From: Lobosporangium transversale
Taxonomy: Eukaryota
DNA: 64,000 nt
Assembly: GCF_002105155.1 (NCBI RefSeq)
Contig: NW_019029010.1
Span: forward strand, 372,001-436,000
Direction of reading: 5' to 3'
Below the pieces are notes generated by a model. It was not told the DNA's origin. It made no database searches and saw only the letters and a program-made list of their open reading frames with translations. This document shows positions 26,380-38,472 of the stretch, piece after piece. The number at the start of each line of letters is the position of its first letter. Positions within the stretch are counted from its first letter, which is position 1. Made by a program: the position numbers and the translations under genes.

Positions 26380-26997
26380 AAACCAAACCTTCGCTTTCTA
26401 TCAGCCCTGACCTGCCTATATAAAAGCTCTTACTGCATAGATACTCCAATACATGTATTGTAGAACAAGCTTTCTCCTTGAGGTAGATATGCAAAGTAGG
26501 AATCACCAAAAACCATATGGGGAAATGTTGCCTATGCATTTTATTCTTCATTTGACATACCAACCAACAATGCCCTGCTTGCGGAAGATAGCTCAGGCCT
26601 CGAGCTACCGGATACAATGATGTTAAGCAATAACCCCGAATAACGAAGCGGCGACTATAAAATACCTGTAGCTTGCCATGGTGCCATAGTCAATTTGATA
26701 AGAGCGGTATCTCTTCACTTGATATTGGCATTTGATGGAAATTTGGTGGTCTGAAATTTAAGTATATGGCCCAGCACAAAATCCTCTACAATAACTGGTA
26801 CTTTGATCATAAAATTGGACCGCTGATGTTGATACTCAATATCAAAACCAAATATGTCATATGACTCTTAGTGATTCTTACTTTGCATATCTACCTCAAG
26901 GAGAAAGCTTGTTCTACACTACATGTATTGGAGCATCTATGCAGTAAGAGCTTTTATATAGGTGGGTCATGGCTGATAGAGAGCAAAAGTTTGGTTT
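26380..26997. repeat. Long imperfect inverted repeat: arms 26380-26519 and 26858-26997 with a 338-bp spacer
   Basis: Manual ungapped alignment of the 140-bp arms shows about 13 mismatches, mostly transitions. The ORF track shows near-identical peptides (LHIYLKEKACST.HVLE.LCSKSFYIG) on opposite strands. Confidence 0.92.
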
Positions 26998-28121
26998 GTC
27001 TAATCTGTACTTCCAGGACTAAGCAAATAACTAGGTATACTTCCCCTATCAGTATCACTTGACGGTGCTAGACAGTATCCCCCTAAGCTAGCAGTCCTTC
27101 TACCAAGACTAAAGGATACCATACCGCCAACGTCCATTGCGACGAGGCAAGTCCTCGTTGAGATATTAAAGTAAAAGAAAAAAAGTTAAAGCATTCACTC
27201 AATTTTGCGTGTGCGTATTAGTCTCATTTGTGTGATATGTTCGGTGGATCTGTTTTTGATCTGCTACTGTATCTGTTAGTTGAATCTTTTTTTTTTTTTT
27301 TTTTTTTTTTTTCTTTTAGATTGGCCTCTCATGTAGCTGTCTGGTTGTTAAAGTAAAAAGATTAAGCTCAGAGATATCAGAGCAATGGCTTTGGAATGGT
27401 AACATCTGGCCAAATGGATCTTAAAATGTCTGTGCGCATTCCTTTGCTTTGTCCATTTCATTCTTTTTATCGTAACCCCTCTTTTGCTACTATATTAAAA
27501 GCCAGATTAGGCTATGGCGTCGCTACTGTCGCTACCATTGTTCTTTTTGGGAAAAGAGCTCATTTGTGTGATTCAAATGCCTCGTTTATTAAATAGCCTG
27601 GGATAGTACAATACACTCGTCTTTGATACCCTTATATCTACCCCTCCCTCTTATGGTCTTCCCGCTTGTAATGGTCAATGTCCTGCAACGTGGATTTTAT
27701 TATATTTTACTTTTGTTTTCTATTCTTTGTGCTGTTATCGCCGCCATGCAGCATTCATGAGTATATCTATGTGAATGAAATAAGCTTTTTTTGTTCTTAT
27801 ATGCGCTTGTCAACAGAAAGAGAAAAATATTTTTCTCTATTCGAAACTACATAGCACATCTCAAAACGGCTGGCGAAAGGAACAAATTAAGCTCCACTCG
27901 AGTCCTATGCAGTGAGCTAGATGTCCATTATATATCTAGGCCCTTCAAACCAAGTAGGTTTTTCTGATTTTTTTTATATTTTGAACCTCTGACAAACAGA
28001 TGAAAGTTAACATTTCTGTTACAGTGCTTCTTAAGGAAAAACGGCAAGAAAAGGAATGAAGATAGTGCTTCTCTTCATAACCATTTAAAAATTTTATGTT
28101 TTTGACCAAACATTCTTTCAG

Positions 28122-28700
28122 GTGGGTACGCCATTGGTCATGGCCCCTGATGTCGTAACCAGAGGGAACAGTACTCTGGCTATGTTCAAGAGGCTCATGC
28201 CAACCATCGAAAGCTTGATAATCGACGCAACCACAGGACCGAATCAAGCTGACTCGGCTAATTACGATAGACTTTGGACATTACGACTAAACAGCAAAGA
28301 GATGAGACAGGTTGATGAGCTTATAGGTGTATTGGAGCTCATTAATGGTATGACTATGGTTTTTAGTTCCTCAACAAGCGGTTATGTCGCGGCTTTTGCT
28401 CCCTGGGTCATAGGTGTTTTAAAATATTACGATATGGCGACAATGGTGAGGCAGAATTCGATCTAGCTGTCGAGCTCATCATAATCACAGACGGTTATTT
28501 GGTTGCCACAACGTTCCACCCATCATTTAACACTCTCTGGTTCCTTGAGGATCAAGCTGGAGCCAAAAAATCAAAGAAAAAGTTAAGGAAGAGTACGATC
28601 AGGTCAGCAACTGGCCTCCAAAGCGGGGTAAGGAGTATTCATACATTCGCTGGCACCGGACGCTGATGCAGGTGACGGTGCATCCACAGCTGAAAACAAA
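28122..28700 (+). mobile_element. Degenerate hAT-family transposase fragment
   Basis: DVVTRGNSTLAMFKRL matches the hAT DVxTRWNSTxxMLxR motif with W replaced by G. It is followed by LNSKEMRQVDELIGVLELINGMT and, further on, YLVATTFHP (like ATxLDP). Interrupted by stops. Confidence 0.65.
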
Positions 28701-29023
28701 TGATGGCCCCTTAACTAATCGCATATATTAAAAAATAGATTCATGTAATGTTCTTTGGGCAACATTCCAATAATCCAGCAAGTTTAAAAAAAGGGGGCTG
28801 ATCTGTCTTGTTTCTTCATTCCTTCTTTTCCATTTCCTCATTAGAATGGCACATTGCGGTGATGCAAAAGTTGCCAGGAGTCTCCTGACGTGGACGCGAC
28901 TGTCATGTAAGACAAAGATGCCTTTTAGCAGTACAGAAACTATATCGAAGGGATACGTATGCACATCAGTGTTTTCCCTTTTGTATCAGAGCATGTAAAT
29001 CAGTGATGAATTGAAATCTAGAT

Positions 29024-30937
29024 TTGCAAGTCGCCAGAACCTCGGATGCCATCTTCAAAACTCCAATTCTATCGAAACCTGTTTGTCATATATTTACACC
29101 AGGATCGAAGCGGTTTGCTTCCAGCGGCCCGCAATCTACCTATGGACACCATAAATCAGAGGGGCCATCAAAGGATAAACTTCGCATTGTTCCTTTTCAA
29201 ATGAATGTCACACAGGCTGAAGAGGTCAGAACCGATAGATATATGTGTACTGCTCAGCTAAGCATCAGAAAGATTTAATTTATTCTGTTAGGTTGTGTTA
29301 GATTTTTCAAAAGTATCACGGATACAGCTTCTTCTCCGCCAAAGTCCGTCAAGTTGACAAAGTTGAGGCACTCTACATTCCCTTTTGGGCTGCAAGTGGA
29401 TCTGTTCGGTCAAAGATCATAAATGCTCAGGGTATACATTAATACAACTTGTAGTCCCCAATAGTAAAGAATTACAGAGGTAGAATTTGGTTCCAAAAAA
29501 AAGAAAAGAAAAAGCAAGATCCAGTCACAAATGTACTCTTGACTTTATTTATTGGATAGTTGGCTGGGATCGCCTTGTTACCCGATACAACAAGGTTACA
29601 AAACAAAATGAGACATCATGGGAAACCACATGGAGGTCCGTGCAGACGCAGCATGAGTTTTCAAATTCATATCCGAGTACGATACCAGAATTACAGATCT
29701 ATGCTTCATACAAGTATCGTAGAGGATTTGTCAACCAGATCAGGAGTAGCTCCAGTATTCTGGCAGCGAAGACCTTAGAGCCAAAAGATATGGAATCTAC
29801 TAATGAGCATGATATTCAACGAGGATTACGGGATCGTGGGTTGGATCCCTTCACCGTGAAACCATCCATTGCTCTCAAATTCGTCAAGACTGCCATTGAG
29901 GAAAACGAAACTACGAGAGCAGAGCGCTGGCTCATTGAAAACTATAGATGTGATCAAGCAAGGATTTTATCTATGAACTTTCAGTATGACAAGTTAGTCG
30001 TGGCCCCAATTTATATTCCGGTGTACGTGTTTTCAATCCAGCATTTGAACCGGACTTTTAGAACGTTTGTTCAGGCACATGATGAGAAAGGGCTTGTAGG
30101 CGGTTTGAGATTCTACTCATGGGAACGAGTGAGTGCTGTCACGGCGATTTGTGCTATGGCCGGTCTCGCTATCATGGGCACCTCGCGTTTTGGAATGACT
30201 ATGACAAGTGGATTCTGGCTGGGGGTCGTAGCGCCATCATTAATAGTAGCCTGGTCTGTTCTTTATTATCCTGTCCTGGACTATCGCATCAGAGATTGGT
30301 GGCGGCAAAGGTAATATCCAATTTTCCCTGGATTGCCTTTTACTTGTCTAATATTTCGAATCAATGGCGGAAGCCATGCTAAAAAAAAAAAAATTGCTCA
30401 ATAGAGAGATGGCTGGTCATGAGGAAGAAGCTTACTCATCAACATGGGATGCAGACTGGACAAGGGCTTATGATAGGTTTGAAGAGGAGCAGCGACGCCA
30501 GGACTGGAATGAGAACCAGCAATATCAGCAATACCACCATCAGTCTTCGAAGGAATCAGGGTCGTCTTCATCATACACCTCTGGCCGTTCAGGCCCTCCA
30601 GGCGATCCACAAGGCTATTATGCTGTGCTAGGTATCCGCACCAATGCTTCTGTTCAAGAAATCCAGTCCGCATTCAGGGGTCTTGCTATGAAATGGCGTA
30701 AGTAGTAAAGACAACATATATAATATTCCGAATGAATAGTCGGAGCACGACATTAACTGACTAGATGAGCAACTTTCCTTTAACTGCTTTTTAATGAACT
30801 AAATAGATCCTGATAGATTTAATACTCCTGAAGAAAAGGCTGTCGGTAAGAAGAAGTTTCAAGAGATCACTGCGGCTTATAGCGTGCTTCGTGATCCAAA
30901 GAAAAGACGATCATACGATATGTATGGACGCGTTTAG
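29024..30937 (+). CDS. Membrane protein with C-terminal J domain (DnaJ class C), possibly mitochondrial; true start uncertain
   Basis: At least 5 exons. Two hydrophobic helices at about 30130-30270, then DPQGYYAVLGI..EIQSAFRGLAMKW-H|PDRF..FQEITAAYSVLRDPKKRRSYD, with the HPD motif formed across the last intron. Confidence 0.82.
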
Positions 30938-31272
30938 TATGAATACAATAATAAACAATGAAGAGCAAATATATACACGCTAATAATTGCTAAGAACTCG
31001 TACGGATCTTAAATGCTACACAATTAAAGTAAGCCACTGTTGCAAAATTTAGGGGCAGATGTGGTAGGAGATTTAGGTCGTTTTGGTGGATTATGAAGCC
31101 GGTCACTTCCAGCTGCAGATAGATAAATAATTCTAACACAATAAAAGAACACACACTACTCAAAGACTGGACGAGAACAGTCAGTACTCAAATGGCTCTT
31201 GTGTAAAAATAAGGAACAAGGAGCCAGATTTTCCTGAGCTGTTGCTCGTTAAATAGTTGGTGGCGAACCCTC

Positions 31273-31311
31273 TACACGTGACTAAAACTAAAACCAACAC
31301 CACTGCACGTG
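31273..31311. promoter_or_regulatory. Two CACGTG E-boxes upstream of SZT2
   Basis: TACACGTGACTA at 31273-31284 and CACGTG at 31306-31311, about 80-120 bp before the ATG. The same 12-mer lies at 14591-14602 upstream of the SWAP gene. Confidence 0.4.
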
Positions 31312-31392
31312 GTCCAACCTCTGGTTGAATGCCCCTTTGCTTTTGCTTATTGAAGTAACCTGCAACTTGTCATTTTCGCATCGGTCAACGCC

Positions 31393-34300
31393 ATGGCAAG
31401 GTTGAGAAAGTTGTTGTTTTTCCCCTCATGCTGATGGCCTCGACAAAGGGAAAAAAATTATAATTGACTTATATTCTCACTTCATTTTATTCTTTTCTCT
31501 TATTTTATTTTATTATATATATATTTTTCTCTTTTTTTGTTGTGGTTCGTCTTACACATTCTAGTTACTACGACCAAGAGGGCTCGTCCGACGACGCCGC
31601 AAGCATCATGGGACTGACTTCTCCCTCACCAAGCATTGACCATGATTCACTCCTACAGCAACAACAACAAGAACACCAACAGGAGAGCAATATCGATCAA
31701 CAGAGGATACCAGCCAAACACACTCCACATACTCTAATATCGTCCCCGTCTTCCCCCATATCTGACTCGCTAGTTTCATCTTCTTCCTCATCCTCTACTT
31801 CATCTATAGCTAAATCACCGAGGGAAAAGGACGTTAGCAACAATGCTCTTGAAGCAACACGCACAGATTCATTAAAATCAAATTCTTGCACTTCAGAGAG
31901 CCCAAACGCCTCACAACGATACCAAACAGAGTCTCCGACATACAAAGGGTCAGTTAAGGATGAGCAGGGGCCAATAGAGGATGCAAAGAGTATAGCAATT
32001 GCTATCGACAGTCAGGATATGATGACTCGTTCGGATCTCGAAGAATCCTTACTGAGGAACCTGTTCGCCCCTGTCACATCCTTAAAGTCAGAGGTGAGAG
32101 AGAGTAAAAAAGAGTGCCTGGAAAAAATAACAAAGCATTATGAAGTCTTATTATAGACATTTATGAGTATATCTATACACATGTGTCTATGCTAGAGTAT
32201 TAGTATACTTCATGCCTCAACAGACAAACACCTTCCTTGGACTGAGTTAGGTCATCCAAACTTATTGAAAACGATGCGATTCGCGCCTCAGACTCGTGTC
32301 TTCTGCATCAATAAGAAGTACCGTTCTGTCTTTTTGGTTGATGTCAGCTCATCTGTCCTTACTGTTGATTCTGAAGGTTCAAAAGTTGTTATGAGCCAGG
32401 TCATGGAAACGTTAGTAGTTATTATTAATGATGCTGTCGCATTTTCCCCACCGCCTTTCCCATCTTTTTGCATGACCATTGAAAATGTTTTATCTAACGT
32501 TTTTTTATCCTTTCCCCCACTTAGGCTCTCAAAGTGCCTCTCGGGGCTTGCAGAACGTTTTTCGTGTCCAGGGCTGGAGCAGGACTTTGTTCAGGTACAA
32601 ATACTCAACCTTGGATTACTGTTTTGAATTTGACCTCTGCATGTCTTGTACACTGTATAGAGTGCTCAACTCATATTTTACATTTTGTTTTTACTTTTGT
32701 GAACTTTCTTTAGTCCGAGATTCATATCACAGTCATAGCAGAGTGTTCACAATTCGCAAGTAATTTACATACTGGAGAAATGTTAGCCAACTTCCCAACA
32801 ATGAAAGTTCTATTACAGGATGTCATCTTGACTGAGAATAATCGCAAGAGTGTCCTAAAAGCGTTGCGAATACAACTTGAAAAATTTCAATCAAAGTTGG
32901 CCAAATTCAGAGGTGAATTGCGGCGGACACGCGAAATAGTTGGATATTCGTTGGCAGTAGAAGATAATGTTGGTGATATCAATACAGAACTTGATCTGGA
33001 GGATGATATCAGCCAAAGAAAATCATGGGGTGTAGGGCTATCGGGAGCCAACTTGTCCTATACGTTAACAGCTGGCCTGTTTGCGCTGGGGATGATGCCG
33101 AGCGCTGCTTCTCCATCGTTGGTTGTCATAACGGACGGCGTCGTCAAATCAAACTTGCTACACGGGAGTACAATCCTGAGACGTCTCATGGAGCTAGATG
33201 TTTCTTGTTCTATAATTCAGCTTGGTAAGAACAATGAATCAATGGCAACTTGCAACTGGGGCTTCATACAGGACACAGAAGCTCTTCGATTTGTTGCTGA
33301 AGCCACACTGGGGAAATTTATGTATTCTCAAGACTGCATTTCCGTTGGTTGTTTGAATAACTCCAATGGTTTGAGCGAAGGTCGGGTTGCTCCCAATATG
33401 TATCATCGGTCATTCCTGATCCGAGAACTTTGTCTTATGAAACCACGGCCAGGACTCGATGAGGATGACAAAGAGGATTCCCCGGGATACTCCTTAACCA
33501 ACTTTCCATGGGACCCCAGAAGTCTACCAGAACCAGCCAAGATGATGCAGACATCTTGTAAGGATTACCATCTTAATATACCCGTAGAAATGCTTGTCAC
33601 CACCCGAATTAGACAGGGATTTCGGATTAAGGGTGTCTTTATAGCACTAGACAAAGATCGATCGTCTACAGAGCGATACATGATTACTATGACGTTAGCA
33701 TGGCTCCCAAACGTCACCATTCAGTACCGACTCAAAGGTTCAATCTCGAGCGAAATTGCCAGTACCAACTTCTTCGACCGATTCGAAGCACCCAAAGTTG
33801 AAATTGATGTTATTGCCTATCAGGCTTTTGCTATTCATTTCCTTAATTCACAGCATGCACCTGTCAATGCTAATCACTCAGTATATGCCAAAGTTTATCG
33901 TTTTTATCGATATATTGTGGGACTGAGCGACTCGGATGTAACGCTGCGAGGATTAAATAACTCTCATGCAAAATCACTGGAGAGGCCAGGGAAGCCTATT
34001 TCTGGAATAGCTAATGACGAGCGTCAGGAGTTGCTTGCGTACATCTCACGGCTCTCAGACCAATGGTCAGGGTTTGCTAAAGACGCTGACTATCAGTATA
34101 GTCGAGGCTGGTACAATGAATTTGAATTCGACCTCCTCATGGTTGTTCCGCCACCCTCTTTCCTACCAACAGTCATGGATACCAAAAATACGCTCGTAAA
34201 ATACAGTGAAGGATTGGAGGCGACAATTCAGACTATCAAGGACAATCTCAAGAATACCTGGGCATCATTTGTAGTGGGGGATGTGTACATTAAAACTTGG

Positions 34301-37300
34301 CAGGCTCCAGAGACGAGCTCATCCACGACTACTAACTCATCCACGACTACCGGCTCATCCACGACTACCAGCTCACAGTTCTGTGAATTGCGTTTATTCA
34401 GTGAACCCAGTGTTGCAGTACTCCACGTTCAACTTCGATTCTTTGGCATGCCACTAGCACAGAGGAGATCGATAGCTAAAGCACTCCAGGAAACGATCTA
34501 TCGCTTCCAGCCAGGACAGTCAGAGCGGAACAGTAGTTTAATAACGGGAGACGAAATTTCTCAGGCGAGTATACTCCGTTGTCAACGGCCCATCTATCGT
34601 CTTTTGATGCGACATTTAATCTGTGAGGTTCCTTTAGCACCTGAACATGAGACAGCGTTGATGAAATTTCGGACTCATGTTTCGGAACCCATCGGAGAGG
34701 AATCGGTTTTGCGATCATATATGGTCCACAAACATTGGGTATGGAAAGATCAAGTGCGTGACCCAGCTTATCTTGCAGAGAATAACTACATGGCCAGTCA
34801 AGACCTGGCATTCCAATACTTATGTGCTCAGCGCATAGGGGAAGGCTACCTACTAGCTTCTGCTCTCCCCAACCGTGTTTTATTCTACAAAGAAGTTGAC
34901 CTTCCTGAACAGCAGCATTCGCTTCTCCGAGGTTCAACCTCGATTCAATACCTTATTTCAAGAAGTCCTGCTTCAGGAGAGCTTGTCACTGAACTCTGGA
35001 TGGAGCCACCCTTGGATATGTGCCGACAAAACATATTTTCTAAAATTAAGGCTCAAATTATTGCTGTGGATCGCTTCGTACAATCTCGTCTGGCAACTTA
35101 TGAGGCAATTCATACCATCGGTCGCCTCCGCCTTCGGCCAGAGGTGAACGCGCAGTCGGAACGAGAGTTCGTATACCCATATCTGTTTGATCCAGCAACC
35201 CTTTTGCGACAGCAGCGACTCGTTACAGTCGCATTTGAAGCCCCTCGGCAGGGTTTACCAAGGGACGACCATTTTGGTTCAGAAACAGAGCCACAGAGAA
35301 AATGCATTCATACACTAGGGCTTGGAGCTAGTAATGGAGAAGGCCTTTCTGGCACACTAGCAGCGACTCCAAGCAGTAGCAGGGAGTTCTTTATGGTTAG
35401 GAATGCGAATGCCAGCACCACTAGCCTAACTCAATCTCTTCTGGAAGCGGAAGCTGGAGCCTCAAATGAAAACGAACTTGTAGCCGAATATAAGGATCAA
35501 ATAAGGGAACTTTGCTGTAGAGATCGCGATCTTGCAATGCTACATCTGTTTATGGAAAAGTCGCTTTCACATCTGGCAGATGGCGAGATTATACCGGGAG
35601 GTGAAGATGATGGATGTACACAACTCTTTATGGACATCAAGCTGTCAATCAAGCAGAGCGCAGAAGTCCGTCAGGCATTGATGGATTTTCACTGCGCCAA
35701 CTCTTTTCAGGATATTCGCTGTTTCGTTAAGAGCATCAACTCAAAGTTTTTCCGACTCATCATCATACCGAAGCTTGGAGCAGTTATATCTCATTTGACA
35801 AAGTTGCGTTCACTACCACCAAGAGAACAGGATGGGCGTAGTGAACAAATGCGACGGGATTTCTTGAGCTGTCTCATGTTTGAGTGCCTTCGCAGCAAGC
35901 CACTAGTGGATCTGTCCGAGTATAATGCAAATGCACTTGAGCAGAGCATGGCTTTATTTGAGCTTCATCCTGTCACGCTTGGTCCCTTGACGACACAGCA
36001 GCCGTTGCTTCCTCAACCAGTGGTTTATGAAGACCAAGGAAAAGCTCGAGTACAAGGATCAACGATTCAATTGATTCATTCAATTAGTCAGGCTTATTCA
36101 CATAGTTTTATTAAGGCTATCTATGCATCGCTTGTTGAAGGACATTCAATTGATAGCTCCGACTTGGCGAACGCCATCCAGTTTTGTTCTAGAACGACAG
36201 TTGATATTAACATTACTGGGTTCCTAAACACGCTTGAGGAAGGAAGACGGACAGGGACTTTGAGGTAAATTTTATTGGCAATGTTTTTCTGTATATAAGT
36301 AATACATCCAAGACACCTAATCAACTTCTGGTCATCATACTTATAGGGAGGACGTCAATGAGTTGTCTGCACGGTTCATGAATGTCCTGAAGCGTTCTTT
36401 CGATCTTGCACCCGTGCAAGGCTCAGGTCAGATTTACTTTTATCGACCTGCTCTGAAGAAACTTAGCACCGTCAAGCAGGTAAAGCCCAAGAACAGAAAG
36501 CGATCTCCAAGTGTCTCACGATCCGGATCAATTGATGCAGATTTGGAGGATGCACTCGCAGAAGTGATAGAGAGTGCAGAGCGGCCACTGTTTCTTCACT
36601 TAGAATGCTCGTTCCAGAAACCTTTGACCCCGGTACCCGATCTAGAAAAGGCGAACCTAAAGTCATCAGTCACTTTCCCAGTGACAGAAGTTCCTGTATC
36701 TTACATGTATAAAGATAATGGATCTCAAGAATACAATTATGCACCTACAAGCATCGGATTGGAATCACGTCCTGTTGATTCTGGAGATGGAACTATCGCT
36801 ATTCTACATCTAGTGATCTCCACACTTCCCATGCCTGAGGACTATGCAGGCCCCACGTTGAAGACAATTGACTCGGAGTCAAAAATTAATGTTGACAACA
36901 GTCAACTAACTGGCCTTCGAAGCCTGCAGCATCTCTTCCCAACACTAGAATCAACGCAGATCGAAGTGATTGCAGAAACTGAGGCAAGGTTAGAGTGGCT
37001 GGTCAAGGAGGAGGTCATGCATGGTTTAATGAACATGACGCCCATTACCACCGATATCTTGAGCCTAGTAGAGACACAGCTCAAGACCAAGAGTAATTTT
37101 GTCGACTTCCCCACGGCGATGACACTGCCTCTGACATTCGTAAAACGCAGGCGTGGTCACGACATATTCATGCAGGAACTCAGCAGGACTAATATGTATC
37201 CATACGAATTGCATCAGCTCGGACAGTACTTTTATTTGACAGAAAGTAGTGATGCACAGGTCAGAGAAGATGTGTCGGAAGACGGTATGAATGACTCGGG

Positions 37301-38438
37301 ACTTCAGGTTGATAATGAGACGTCACAGGACGATGACCTGCCATCCTTGTCCAACGGCCTTCAGGACGATTTGTCTCTGCAACCATCCAACGACCTCTGC
37401 CATGGGTTGGGTATTGTGATTTTACCGGACCCAAGGCCAACAAAGAAACCCTCTACCAGTCAACAAAATAGCAGTGACCATACACTTCTCAGGAAAAGGC
37501 ATACTTTTTGGCTGATTCTAGTCCCAAAAGACAGTTTTGTACAAATGTACTTTTTCTCAAGGTCTCTGTCGGAGGAATTTTGCAATGCCATCCAGGATCA
37601 TGTCCGGAAGGCCATTAATGATCTTTGCATTAAAGTCAATCAACTGACCTTACTACAGTCGCTGAATAAGACTCGGAACTGCAGTAAATACCTGGTACCC
37701 TGCGATGAAACAGACCCTAACGCTGACACAGAATCTGATCCAGATTCAGATGAGATTTCAGAAGAGGACAAGGCTTTGGTAACTGGTGGGCCAAAACAAA
37801 CGGATGATAATGAAACTCACAGGAAGTTCCAGCCCGGCGAGTTTGCATGTCCATTGGTGTACCGTGTAGCATGGCCGTTACATTGGCGTGTTAAAGCAGG
37901 TCAGGCGGTCAATAGTGTATTCCACCTAGGACTATTCCCGTTCGCTGTCCAAAACCGCAAAAACTACTTCGTCGTCGAGAGTCAAGATGATCATGATGAA
38001 AGCAAAAAGATTGTAGTACTATTGAAACTCAGCGAAGTAGACGTTCAACCTGATCAAGACTCCTCAATTGCGCCACAGGCATCAGAAGAGCAACGAGGAG
38101 TAGCATCACATTTCACAGCTAACAAGGCAGGAGACGACTCTTCTGCGGGTCAAAATGCTCCAATTCCAATCCAAAGCTTAGATGAGTCTGTATCACATAT
38201 AAACAGTCCACGCCCATCCCTCACTGCATCACCTGGATCCAGAACAATTGTCCCGCCGCTGATTAGGACAGAGACAAGAGAGCTAGTGATTGAGGTTTTC
38301 GGCGTGGAGCCTCCTGGCAAGCAAATAACTGTTGATCTGTTCAATCTACTGGAGAACAGATTTTATAACTCTGTTGTCCTCAATGTAGTATCAACGTTTC
38401 TGTCTCGTAATTCAACTTTGAAGTTCACACAAGCAGTA

Positions 38439-38472
<34 letters not shown>

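Noticed and set aside
26660..26760. VACHGAIVNL resembling an NRPS adenylation-domain segment
   Set aside because: Too short, with no flanking TSGSTG/PKG motif.
24408..27993. Possible TIR pair cagagggtttgaaaa / tttttgaacctctg
   Set aside because: Only a weak match, no target-site duplication, and the hAT fragment lies outside the pair.
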